29,991 nucleotides of DNA, taken from NCBI GenBank assembly GCA_037969075.1, contig JBBKWS010000012.1, positions 1 through 29,991 on the forward strand, read 5' to 3'. Position 1 is the stretch's first letter; each line of letters begins with the position of its first letter. This DNA comes from Bdellovibrionales bacterium (lineage in GTDB: Bacteria > Bdellovibrionota > Bdellovibrionia > Bdellovibrionales > UBA840). Below, one piece after another: positions 1 through 9,055 of this stretch. The notes under the pieces are model-generated. The model searched no databases, was not told the DNA's origin, and saw nothing but the letters and a program-made list of their open reading frames with translations. Both the position numbers and the translations under genes were made by a program.

Positions 1-1151
1 GTGCCAAGATTTGGCACAGTGACTACACTAGAATAGGATGCAGCTCTTTGAGTACCAGGATATTTTCCTAACTTGAATTCTTCTAATTTAATTGGGAATC
101 CAATATCAATTTGCTGATTACGCCAAGACATGATGTAAGCCGTGGTGCTAGTGAACACCCTTAGTAAGGAATTCAACTCTTGCCAATACTCTTGCTCTTG
201 GTACTTAACTTTAATGGCCGCCATTGTTTTTTCCGTAGGTCGAGGACGTGGCATGAATTCATTTTTTTCTTTGGCTTTTTTAACGTACTCAAGAACTTGA
301 AATTGTAGCCCCATCCAGCCTGTCTGGATACTGTCCCCCACTTTTATAGTCCCATACTTAGATGGTATATCTTTAAGATAATTAACCGCGTATGAAACAT
401 CGTTCTTACCTTTTTTTGAAGTTAGCACGAGTGAGTTTTCTCGCTCCGTCGGCTTATATTCTTTTGTGGTCAATATAACTTTAGCGGGCCCTAAAGCATA
501 CACTGCGTCCCGTGTGCCTCGTTGCAAAACCCACTCTGATACATTCACGCTATCATTTGCAAGCGAGAATTTTACTGCAGGACCAAAGTTTTCATCATCA
601 GTTTCAATGACTCGTGTGTTTTTTAACGCAAAAGGAACGTAATCAATAATTTCAATATTGCCCTCATCCGTTGGAATAGAAATGGGATGTTTATCTGGTG
701 AATTTATATAAAACTCACCGTCGCCCTTATAAAGGCTTGCGTATTTTTGCCCATCATAACTAGCATAGACTTCAAGTTCTTTTGGAGTGATAGAGACCCA
801 TTGGTTTTCTTCTTTTAAGGGTATGACTAAACTACCGTCGATACCATAGCGCTGAGTGACCCAAGAACCATAAATTAAAGTCATAATCCCTAAATGCGCT
901 ACTAAAAATGGAGTGTGTCGCTTTTTCCAGGGCCAGCGGCTAAGAGCTGAAAACAAAATGCATACAAATAATCCAATCAATCCAATATACATGTAAACGG
1001 TTTTGTACATAAGAAGGCCTGCGATTTCGGCATTGTACTTAGACTCTAAAATAGTTCCGATAGCAGAAATAACAGCAAGATAAAGAATAACAACAACTGC
1101 GAATTTTAAACTTCCTAAGAATAAGAATATGCGACGCAAAAATTGTTTCAT
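1..1151 (-). CDS. resB: Cytochrome c biogenesis protein ResB/Ccs1 family (system II), 3' end runs off the window
   Basis: Not in the ORF track. Manual translation from ATG at 1151 gives MKQFLRRIFLFLGSLKFAVVVILYLAVISAIGTILES...RWPWKKRHTPFLVAHLGIMTLIYGSWVTQRYGIDG, and near the window edge FPIKLEEFKLGKYPGTQRAASYSSVV. Three N-terminal TM helices, the conserved His and the C-terminal motif are typical of ResB. Confidence 0.85.
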   Translation of the reverse strand, partial: MKQFLRRIFLFLGSLKFAVVVILYLAVISAIGTILESKYNAEIAGLLMYKTVYMYIGLIGLFVCILFSALSRWPWKKRHTPFLVAHLGIMTLIYGSWVTQRYGIDGSLVIPLKEENQWVSITPKELEVYASYDGQKYASLYKGDGEFYINSPDKHPISIPTDEGNIEIIDYVPFALKNTRVIETDDENFGPAVKFSLANDSVNVSEWVLQRGTRDAVYALGPAKVILTTKEYKPTERENSLVLTSKKGKNDVSYAVNYLKDIPSKYGTIKVGDSIQTGWMGLQFQVLEYVKKAKEKNEFMPRPRPTEKTMAAIKVKYQEQEYWQELNSLLRVFTSTTAYIMSWRNQQIDIGFPIKLEEFKLGKYPGTQRAASYSSVVTVPNLG

Positions 1152-1180
1152 TGCTATTTTCTTACTCTTAATAGTAACGA

Positions 1181-1206
1181 AAGCCAAGCGAAACGCGATT
1201 GTGCTT
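1181..1206. terminator. Imperfect hairpin between mtaB and resB, possible terminator or processing element
   Basis: AAGC-CAA-GCG-AAA-CGC-GA-TTG-T-GCTT can fold into a stem; only a short U-tract follows on the minus strand. Confidence 0.25.
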
Positions 1207-1268
1207 AAAATAGGCTCACTGAATTCGTAGCTACAAAGTCAAACCTAGTTTACTCTAATATGAGTTAC

Positions 1269-2633
1269 CTAAAGAATTTCACCTAAGAGAACCCCATCCA
1301 TTCTTGATGCATGGGAAGTGTCATATCCTAAAATTTTGATTTGATATTCTTTATCGCGAGACAAATCTTGAAGCTCTTCTTTTAAATAGATAGTCCAATA
1401 ATCCCGACTCACTGCTTGCGACCTTTTTGCACTTTGTAAAAGTAAACTTTGTTTTGTCTTACCAACCTGTTCGATTGCCTTCATAGAATATCTTTCGCTC
1501 GATAGCCGGCGCAGTAATTTAGCACGCCTAGAAATATTATGTTGCGCTACTTTTTCAGTGTAAGTTTCGGCTAGTGTTCCAGGTCTTTCGCTATAAGGAA
1601 ACACATGAATTCTGGTCCAATCTAAACCATTCAATCGATCGTAGGTGTCTTTAAAATCTTCTTCTGTTTCACCCGGAAACCCTACAATCACATCCATCCC
1701 AACAAAGACATTAGGAATTTTTTTATGAATTATTGTTAGGGATTCTTCAACATCTTCTGCTGTATACTTTCTCTTCATCGCAGCAAGAATTTTAGTGTTG
1801 GCCGATTGTATACTCATATGAAAATGCGGACACATTCTCTCGTCTTGATAAATATCAAGCATCCTGTCGCTCACTTCTTTTGGCTCTAAACTTGATAGTC
1901 TAAATCTAGGCATTTTGGTTTTTAATAATAAGGTCTCCACCAGATCTTCTAGATAATTATATTTTTCTGGTAATTTTTTTCCGCGAGCGGCTGCTAAAAT
2001 ATCTTCATTGGTTTTATGCGAAGCATAGTCTGCAATATGCACTCCTGTTAAAACTGTTTCTCTAACACCGCTATCATAGAGTTCGTTCACCCTATCTACT
2101 AATTGAGTTATAGGAATGCTACGACTTTTACCTCTGGCAAAAGGAATCACGCAGTAGGTACAAAAACTATTACAACCGTCTTGAATTTTTAGAAAGGCTC
2201 TTGTGTGACCCAATTCAATCCCGCCACCTGCTTCTAAGTCTTCTTTTTTAAAAATATTTGAATGAAAAACTTTTTCTGTAAGCGTTCCTTTAAAGTGCGA
2301 ATCTAAAATTTCTTCTAGTTGTCCTTTATGAGAATTAGCAATCACAAGATCCGCCCCCGGCACACTTACTTTTTTAGTATCAACTTGCGCCGCACAGCCT
2401 GTTACCACCACTGTAGAAAAGGGATCTTTGGCCTTAATATATCTGATTTGTTTAATGGCTTCTTTTGTAGCTTCTGCCGTTACGGCACAGGTATTTAAAA
2501 TATGAACCTTTGGCTTTTGATTTACTGTATACCCCGCCTTATTCATACGGTTTTCTAATAAACCTGTATCGTAAGTATTTACCTTACAACCATAGGTATG
2601 AATCTTATACGTGTAGCGCTCATCCGTTGACAA
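1269..2633 (-). CDS. mtaB: tRNA t6A37 methylthiotransferase MtaB (radical SAM)
   Basis: UPF0004 domain (TYGCKVN, NTCAVT, TGCAAQ), radical SAM CxxxCxxC (GCNSFCTYC), RAFLKIQDGC, HVFPYSERPGT. Likely TTG start at 2633, 5 nt after GGAGG (ORF track starts at 2645). Confidence 0.93.
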   Translation of the reverse strand: MSTDERYTYKIHTYGCKVNTYDTGLLENRMNKAGYTVNQKPKVHILNTCAVTAEATKEAIKQIRYIKAKDPFSTVVVTGCAAQVDTKKVSVPGADLVIANSHKGQLEEILDSHFKGTLTEKVFHSNIFKKEDLEAGGGIELGHTRAFLKIQDGCNSFCTYCVIPFARGKSRSIPITQLVDRVNELYDSGVRETVLTGVHIADYASHKTNEDILAAARGKKLPEKYNYLEDLVETLLLKTKMPRFRLSSLEPKEVSDRMLDIYQDERMCPHFHMSIQSANTKILAAMKRKYTAEDVEESLTIIHKKIPNVFVGMDVIVGFPGETEEDFKDTYDRLNGLDWTRIHVFPYSERPGTLAETYTEKVAQHNISRRAKLLRRLSSERYSMKAIEQVGKTKQSLLLQSAKRSQAVSRDYWTIYLKEELQDLSRDKEYQIKILGYDTSHASRMDGVLLGEIL

Positions 2634-3702
2634 ACCAGCCTCCACCTATCAATGCATTTTCTCGGTAAAAAACCGCCGCTTGCCCTGGAGTGATCGCTCT
2701 TTGCGGCTCTTCAAATACTAGGTCTGCCCTACCGTCATCCTTTATTCTCACAAGTGCCGTAGCACCTTTATGCTGGTATCTAATCTTAACCCTAAGTCTC
2801 TCGCCTTCACGAACACTACCTAACAAATGTAAGTTTTCAATTTCGGCAGTAGATTTATATAAATATTTTTCATCCCCTATCCAAACATCATGAGTAGTAG
2901 CATCAATTTTCATAACATATAGAGTTTCATGATGATCAATCCCAAGGCCTCGTCTTTGCCCGTAGGTAAAGGTGTGGATCCCTTTGTGTTGACCTAAAAT
3001 TTCACCATTTGGATAACGTCTCAAATTTCCTGTTTTAAATGCGTCACTCCCCACTTGTGAAGAAATAAAATTAGTGTAGCCTTGGTTCCCAACAAAACAA
3101 ATTCCGGTGGAATCTTTTTTTCTTGCTACAGTCAGGCCTTTTTCTTCAGCGTAAGCTCTAACTTTATCCTTCTTCATATCTCCTATAGGAAATATAAGCT
3201 TTGGCACGATCTCTGGATCTAAGGTAAATAAAAAGTAGGTTTGATCTTTCCAATCATCTTCGCTAGTCACAATATAGTGCTTGTTATCATCGGCCTCTAC
3301 AATCTTGGCATAATGCCCGGTTGCCAAATAATCGCAATCCAGCTCTTTCATCTTTTGAATCAAATGATCAAATTTTAAAAATGTATTACAATCTACGCAT
3401 GGAAGAGGTGTCTTACCCTCAAGATAGTTTGCGACAAATGGGTCTATTACTTTTTCTTTAAATTTCTCTTCGCAATTTAGAACATAAAAAGGAATTCCAA
3501 TTTTATCCGCAACACTTCTTGCATCATCCACGTCAATACTTGAGCAACAGGTCCCGCTACCCTCGACGATATCACATTTAGAGTAATCCCATACTTGCAT
3601 GGTAACACCAACTACATCATAACCTTCTTCCACTAACATTGCTGCCGCAACGGATGAATCAACTCCGCCGCTCATGGCAACTAGCACTCTACCTTTAGTC
3701 AT
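2620..3702 (-). CDS. mnmA: tRNA-specific 2-thiouridylase MnmA (CxxC+C type)
   Basis: PP-loop AMSGGVDS, PCVDCN, ATGHYA, KDQTYFL, KKDSTGICF, AITPGQAAVFY. ATG at 3702 with GAGG upstream (ORF track starts at 3714). Confidence 0.96.
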   Translation of the reverse strand: MTKGRVLVAMSGGVDSSVAAAMLVEEGYDVVGVTMQVWDYSKCDIVEGSGTCCSSIDVDDARSVADKIGIPFYVLNCEEKFKEKVIDPFVANYLEGKTPLPCVDCNTFLKFDHLIQKMKELDCDYLATGHYAKIVEADDNKHYIVTSEDDWKDQTYFLFTLDPEIVPKLIFPIGDMKKDKVRAYAEEKGLTVARKKDSTGICFVGNQGYTNFISSQVGSDAFKTGNLRRYPNGEILGQHKGIHTFTYGQRRGLGIDHHETLYVMKIDATTHDVWIGDEKYLYKSTAEIENLHLLGSVREGERLRVKIRYQHKGATALVRIKDDGRADLVFEEPQRAITPGQAAVFYRENALIGGGWFVNG

Positions 3703-4900
3703 TTTTAACCTCACCTAAATCACGGATTCTTTTTACTACTTGCTTTAATGTTTCTACAAACTTAAGTACTTCCTCTCTGGTATTTCCCCAACCTAAGGAT
3801 ACCCTAAGAGATTGTTGCGCTTCGGCTCTAGTTAGTCCCATCGCCAATAGCACGGGGCTTGGCTCGGGGTTTCCTGAACTACAAGCGGCTCCTGTTGAAA
3901 CAGAAAAGCCTTTCATATCTAAGTTCATAAGCAAGGTTTCACCGTCCACCCCATCTAGAATCAAACTGCTTGAGCCACAAACTCTATCTACGCCATTACC
4001 ATTTATTTGAACTCCAGATATTTCTTTTAAAATTAGGGATTCCATTTCATCACGTAAAACCTTGGTCTCGTAACATAATTGTGAGTACACAGACCTTGAT
4101 TGCATCATCATCCCAAAACTAGCTATTGCTAAAATATTCTCTGTCCCGGCCCTTCGATATCTTTCTTGCGCTCCTCCCCAAATTAAATTTTCAATGGGAG
4201 TTCCTCTTTTAACAAACAGAAGACCTGCTCCTTTTAACGAATAAAATTTATGAGCAGAAAAGGTCATTAGGTCCACATTTAGATCAGTAATATTAAAATC
4301 CATTTTACCCAGCGCTTGCACCCCATCGCAATGCATATATGCACCAACAGCGTGGGCCATTTGGGTAATTTCTTTTACAGGAAAAATACAGCCCGTTTCA
4401 TTGTTGGCAAGCATTACTGAAACCAAACCTGTTTTTTTTGATAATTTACTTTTGATAAATTCTAAATCAATGATCCCATCTCGATTAACCGGGATAAAAT
4501 CAATATGAATTCCTTTTGAAGCCAAGTACTCGCAGGTTTTAACAATACTGGGGTGCTCTACACTTGAAACTAAAAAGTGAGTTCGATCGTTCTTAATGCA
4601 CCAGTCGACCATTCCAGTAAAAGCGTAGTTATTGGATTCAGATCCTCCTGATGTAAACACCAATTCTAAAGGATGACATCCTAAGAAGTCTGAGAGCATT
4701 TGTCTTGATTCACGCAGGATGGCTTTTGGACCGCGACCGTTAAAATGAATACTTCCGGCATTGCCCCACTCCTCAACTAATCCAGGAATGGCTTCTTTAA
4801 TAAACCCCGCTATAGGAGTCGTGGCATTATGATCGAAGTAAATATTCTTTCCGTTTGCAGCAAAAGCTTCCCGTGTTAAAGGCATGGGACTTTTGTACAT
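3695..4900 (-). CDS. iscS: Cysteine desulfurase, IscS/NifS group I
   Basis: YFDHNATT, FTSGGSESNN, EHPS, SAHKFY (PLP lysine), STGAACSSG (catalytic Cys). Confidence 0.93.
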   Translation of the reverse strand: MYKSPMPLTREAFAANGKNIYFDHNATTPIAGFIKEAIPGLVEEWGNAGSIHFNGRGPKAILRESRQMLSDFLGCHPLELVFTSGGSESNNYAFTGMVDWCIKNDRTHFLVSSVEHPSIVKTCEYLASKGIHIDFIPVNRDGIIDLEFIKSKLSKKTGLVSVMLANNETGCIFPVKEITQMAHAVGAYMHCDGVQALGKMDFNITDLNVDLMTFSAHKFYSLKGAGLLFVKRGTPIENLIWGGAQERYRRAGTENILAIASFGMMMQSRSVYSQLCYETKVLRDEMESLILKEISGVQINGNGVDRVCGSSSLILDGVDGETLLMNLDMKGFSVSTGAACSSGNPEPSPVLLAMGLTRAEAQQSLRVSLGWGNTREEVLKFVETLKQVVKRIRDLGEVKND

Positions 4901-4981
4901 AATGACGATTTAGTATCATAATACTGTTATAAATTACAATGAATTCATGGGTTTATTATATAATCAAAGGCTGTATTGGTT

Positions 4982-5497
4982 TTAGAATGTAATCGCGAAA
5001 AGTTTACCTTCATCTTCATCCGGCGTCAGCCTAAATGGCCCCTCATAAGTTAGGCCCAATTTTTCTAAAACCCCAATAGAGGCCATGTTATGCATTTTAG
5101 TGATACCTAAAATCTTCTTCATTTTAAGTACTTCTTTTGCGTATTTTAATACCCCAGCAGAAGACTCAAGAGCGTAGCCCTGACGAAAAAATTTGGGTAA
5201 AAAAGCAAATCCAACATCTGCATGTTCAAAGATATCTCTTTTTACTAAACCGCAGATCCCGATCTTTTCACCGGCTTCTTTTAACTCTACGAGATAAAGT
5301 CCGTAACCATTGATGCTGTAACTTTGGTTAGGCCCATTGACAATATAAGCCTTCGCATCCTCAAGATTTCGGACTTTTCTATCGCCAATATTTTCTAAAA
5401 AGCCTGGGGAATTTAGGAGTTCTAAAATAAACTCGCCATCTGTTTCGGCTAGCTTTTTTAAAGCAAGTCTCTTTGTCTCTACTATTAGGTCACTCAT
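4982..5497 (-). CDS. GNAT/RimJ-like N-acetyltransferase
   Basis: ETKRLAL, IGICGLVKR, DVGFAFLP..RQGYALE, NMASIGVLEKLG. Confidence 0.9.
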   Translation of the reverse strand: MSDLIVETKRLALKKLAETDGEFILELLNSPGFLENIGDRKVRNLEDAKAYIVNGPNQSYSINGYGLYLVELKEAGEKIGICGLVKRDIFEHADVGFAFLPKFFRQGYALESSAGVLKYAKEVLKMKKILGITKMHNMASIGVLEKLGLTYEGPFRLTPDEDEGKLFAITF

Positions 5498-5708
5498 ATT
5501 TCTTTAACTCTGTTTCGAGCTTTAGGGCAAAGTTCCCAGCTTCTGATTGCACCATATAAGCTGGCTTTTCTTTTGAGCCATTTCTTTTTATATTTTTACC
5601 TTTTATAACCTTAATAACAGGAGACGTGTAGATGTCTATGACTTTGCCATCTACCAGCCCGCCCATCCAAGGCCATGAAACCTTGCTACCTTTCTTATAT
5701 TTTGCCAT
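5490..5708 (-). CDS. DUF2945 / Tudor-like (HVA1 family) small protein
   Basis: KGSKVSWPW.GG..DGKV...IKGKNIKRNGSKEKPAY.VQSE.G..ALK pattern. Probable ATG at 5708 (GTG at 5714 is an alternative). Confidence 0.8.
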   Translation of the reverse strand: MAKYKKGSKVSWPWMGGLVDGKVIDIYTSPVIKVIKGKNIKRNGSKEKPAYMVQSEAGNFALKLETELKKYE

Positions 5709-5714
5709 AGGCAC

Positions 5715-6194
5715 CTATAGTATTGATTTAATGTCTTTAATAATTTCTTTCGGAGTATCTTTAGGGGCAAAGCGTTTAAATGGTTTACCATTTTTATCGA
5801 TGACAAACTTGGTAAAGTTCCATTTAACTGCCTCTGTTCCAAAAATGCCTGCTAACTCTGATTTTAAATACTTATACAAAGGGTGAGCATCGTCGCCATT
5901 TACGTCAACTTTTGCAAACAGCGGAAAACTTACGTTGTAAGTAAGGCTACAGAAATTCTTGATTTCACTCTCATCCCCTGGCTCTTGTGCGCCGAACTGA
6001 TTACAAGGGAAGGCTAAGATCTCAAGCCCTTGGCTTTTATATTCTCTATAGATCTGCTCTAAACCTTCGTACTGTGGGGTGAACCCGCATTTAGAAGCGA
6101 CGTTTACAATTAATAAGGTCTTGCCTTTATATTTTTCTAAGGTTTGAGTAGCTCCATCGACAGTTTTTACTGGGATCGTAAATAAATCAGACAT
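5715..6194 (-). CDS. gpx: Glutathione/thioredoxin peroxidase (Cys-type Gpx, BtuE-like)
   Basis: NVASKCGFTPQY, LAFPCNQFGAQEPG, KWNFTKF; AGGAG SD. Confidence 0.95.
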   Translation of the reverse strand: MSDLFTIPVKTVDGATQTLEKYKGKTLLIVNVASKCGFTPQYEGLEQIYREYKSQGLEILAFPCNQFGAQEPGDESEIKNFCSLTYNVSFPLFAKVDVNGDDAHPLYKYLKSELAGIFGTEAVKWNFTKFVIDKNGKPFKRFAPKDTPKEIIKDIKSIL

Positions 6195-6210
6195 TTTTAA
6201 ACTCCTTGGT

Positions 6211-6240
6211 TTGACGTATATATAAAGTTTTCAATATTTT
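6211..6240 (+). promoter_or_regulatory. Possible sigma70 promoter for sua5
   Basis: TTGACG-N18-TATTTT in the gpx/sua5 divergent intergenic region. Confidence 0.3.
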
Positions 6241-6301
6241 GGCCTTTTCTTTCAGCTCACACTTCCGCGTGGTAAAACCCCACTAAATAGCTAGAGGACT
6301 C

Positions 6302-7207
6302 ATGCTGATATCTAAGACAGATGCCATACAACAACTTAAGAACTCACAGATAGTAGCAATACCTACGGAGACTGTCTACGGACTTGCTGCAAGATATGAT
6401 GATATAAAAGCCGTTGAGGCCATCTTTGCTATCAAAGAGCGCCCCTACTTTGACCCGTTGATATGTCATGTATCAGACGTTAAAATGCTAGATTTACTAG
6501 TTAATACCATAAATCCATTAGCTAAAAAATTAATTGAACAATATTGGCCAGGGCCTTTGACATTAGTACTGCCAAAGAGCTCTAAAGTTAGCGATTTAAT
6601 CACAGCTTCTTTAGATACCGTTGCAGTACGAATGCCAAATCACCCTATTGCTCTTGAGATCATTAAAGAAGTAGGTGTTCCATTGTGTGCACCAAGTGCC
6701 AATAAATTTGGTAAAGTCTCCCCTACGACTGGTAAACACGTCGAAGAGGAATTTGACGGAAAAGTTGCCATTGTTGACGGCGGAGATACAAGTATTGGTA
6801 TTGAATCCACTGTAGTTCGAGTTTTAGATGATAAACTAGAAATCTTACGACCTGGCAGAATCACAGCAAGTGAGCTGCGAGTGCTGTTTCCTGAAATCGA
6901 AATTACTACCATAAAAAAGGACCCTGCAAGCCCAGGCCATATAGATTCGCATTACCAGCCAACAAAGCCATTTTACTTAGTAGACCGAACAAAAACAAAA
7001 GACTTTTTACTAGCGAATATATTTACTGAGTGGCAACTAGATGAGAACCCATTACTTGCGGCAAGAAAACTATATGCCGATATGAGAGAGCAATCCAATA
7101 CTACCAAAGGATTTTACTGCATTAAGGATGCAACCCTAAACCACGGACTTTGGGAAGCAATTTGGAACCGATTAGAAAAAGCCTCCTACAGTAAGGAGTA
7201 TTTATGA
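6302..7207 (+). CDS. tsaC: Threonylcarbamoyl-AMP synthase Sua5/TsaC2
   Basis: AIPTETVYGLA, KERP..DPLICH, WPGPLT, APSANKFG, GIESTV, and the SUA5 linker SPG...SHY; GAGG SD. Confidence 0.95.
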   Translation: MLISKTDAIQQLKNSQIVAIPTETVYGLAARYDDIKAVEAIFAIKERPYFDPLICHVSDVKMLDLLVNTINPLAKKLIEQYWPGPLTLVLPKSSKVSDLITASLDTVAVRMPNHPIALEIIKEVGVPLCAPSANKFGKVSPTTGKHVEEEFDGKVAIVDGGDTSIGIESTVVRVLDDKLEILRPGRITASELRVLFPEIEITTIKKDPASPGHIDSHYQPTKPFYLVDRTKTKDFLLANIFTEWQLDENPLLAARKLYADMREQSNTTKGFYCIKDATLNHGLWEAIWNRLEKASYSKEYL

Positions 7208-7581
7208 TTATACTCTTATTACTATTAAAACTAAGCCTAGCGAACGCAAGCACATGCAAAAATCCATTTCCATTGCATGTGAATGAAAAAGTAATCTCAG
7301 CTTGCTTGAAAGCAGAAAAAATTCAAAAAGTTGGCCACTTACTGTTTGTGCAAATGCCTAGAGCTATTTATTCAGACGATCAAAGCAGCTCATCAGTAAC
7401 TTATTTTGCAAACACTGGAAAAACCAGACAAAAACTTTGCAAGATATTTAAAATGAAGAGAGAGATGGCAGATTACACTTTGTACGATAAGTCCAAAAGT
7501 GGGATTGCCTACGGTAGAAACGGATTTACTATTAACAAACAGGCTAACACCTTAAAGATGTTAGCCTGCAGCATTCTTTAA
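7204..7581 (+). CDS. Hypothetical exported protein with four Cys
   Basis: Signal-peptide-like [19 protein letters not shown] overlap with the sua5 stop; TTAA overlap with the icd stop. Confidence 0.65.
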   Translation: MIILLLLLKLSLANASTCKNPFPLHVNEKVISACLKAEKIQKVGHLLFVQMPRAIYSDDQSSSSVTYFANTGKTRQKLCKIFKMKREMADYTLYDKSKSGIAYGRNGFTINKQANTLKMLACSIL

Positions 7582-8801
7582 GAAAGAGCTTTCTTTAGGT
7601 TTTCATCAATCTTATTTAAAAATTCTTCTGTATTTAAATAGTGATCTGGCTTTAGATCTTTACCGTGAATACACAAGGCAAGATCTTTTGTCATTGAGCC
7701 AGCTTCTACCGTCTGCACACACACTTTTTCTAGAGTTTCAGAAAATCTAACCAGCTCAGCGTTGTTATCAAGCTTTCCTCTAAATGCTAAGCCACGAGTC
7801 CATGCAAAAATAGATGCGATAGGATTAGTAGATGTAGGGTTACCTTTTTGGTGTTCTCTGTAATGCCTGGTCACTGTACCATGGGCAGCTTCAGCCTCCA
7901 TAACTTTACCATCTGGCGTGGTCAAAACAGATGTCATTAGGCCAAGCGAACCAAAGCCTTGAGCCACAGTATCAGACTGCACATCACCGTCATAGTTTTT
8001 ACATGCCCAAACAAACTCCCCATGCCACTTAAGGGCTGACGCTACCATGTCATCGATCAAACGATGCTCATAGTAAATACCAGCCGCTTCAAACTTAGCT
8101 TTATATTCTTTTTCATAGATATCTTGAAAAATATCTTTAAAGCGTCCGTCATAGGTTTTTAAGATTGTATTTTTAGTACTTAAAAATAATGGCCAGCTCT
8201 TCATTAATGAATAGTTAAAACAAGATTTTGCAAATCCAATGATCGATTCATCAGTGTTATACATTCCCATAGCAATACCAGGGGTCTTAAACTTATAGAT
8301 CTCCCACTCTTGCGTTTCGCCGTTTTCACCTTTAAAGGTCATAGTGACAGTTCCAGCTCCTGGAATTTTTACGTCCGTTGCTCGGTATTGATCACCAAAT
8401 GCGTGTCTTCCGATGACAATAGGCTTTGTCCAATTTGGAACTAATCTTGGTACATTTTTGCAAATGATTGGCTCACGAAATACCGTGCCATCTAAAATAT
8501 TACGGATGGTGCCGTTTGGTGATTTCCACATTTTTTTAAGTTTGAATTCTTTTACTCGATCTTCATCTGGAGTGATGGTTGCGCACTTGATAGCGACTTG
8601 ATACTTTTTAGTCGCTTCTGCTGCATCGATCGTGATTTGATCATCAGTTTTATCTCTGCTTTCAATGCCTAAATCATAATACTTTATATCTAATTCAAGA
8701 TATGGTAAAATTAGTTTTTGTTTAATGAATGACCATATAATTCTAGTCATTTCATCGCCGTCCATCTCAACTACTGGGTTTTTAACCACAATCTTTTTCA
8801 T
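7578..8801 (-). CDS. icd: NADP-dependent isocitrate dehydrogenase (type II, eukaryote-like)
   Basis: [60 protein letters not shown] at 8801 with AGGAG SD (ORF track starts at 8807). Confidence 0.97.
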   Translation of the reverse strand: MKKIVVKNPVVEMDGDEMTRIIWSFIKQKLILPYLELDIKYYDLGIESRDKTDDQITIDAAEATKKYQVAIKCATITPDEDRVKEFKLKKMWKSPNGTIRNILDGTVFREPIICKNVPRLVPNWTKPIVIGRHAFGDQYRATDVKIPGAGTVTMTFKGENGETQEWEIYKFKTPGIAMGMYNTDESIIGFAKSCFNYSLMKSWPLFLSTKNTILKTYDGRFKDIFQDIYEKEYKAKFEAAGIYYEHRLIDDMVASALKWHGEFVWACKNYDGDVQSDTVAQGFGSLGLMTSVLTTPDGKVMEAEAAHGTVTRHYREHQKGNPTSTNPIASIFAWTRGLAFRGKLDNNAELVRFSETLEKVCVQTVEAGSMTKDLALCIHGKDLKPDHYLNTEEFLNKIDENLKKALS

Positions 8802-9055
8802 TACCACTCCTATGAATTGAAGTAGTTAATCTCGTCTATAAGTAAAAGAATGTCAAAATCTCAGCTCTGATAAATTAGATGCCCTGTGCGTTAATAGTTT
8901 AATTTTTTAGCACCCGCGGATAAGATAAGCCTGTTATGGGTTAGCAATCACTCTTTTTTGTTCTGATAAACTTACCTTGATTTAAATTTCATTGGTGTGA
9001 AGGTAAGTAAATTCAAAAAAAAGGCAATAAAAAGCATTAGAACTAAAGAATTAGA

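Noticed and set aside
5715..6194. Selenocysteine-containing glutathione peroxidase
   Set aside because: The active-site codon is TGC (Cys) and there is no in-frame TGA.
8808..9055. ncRNA or sigma70 promoter between the cyclase and icd
   Set aside because: A perfect TTGACA lies on the minus strand at 8851..8856 but has no good -10 at proper spacing; only weak stems are present.
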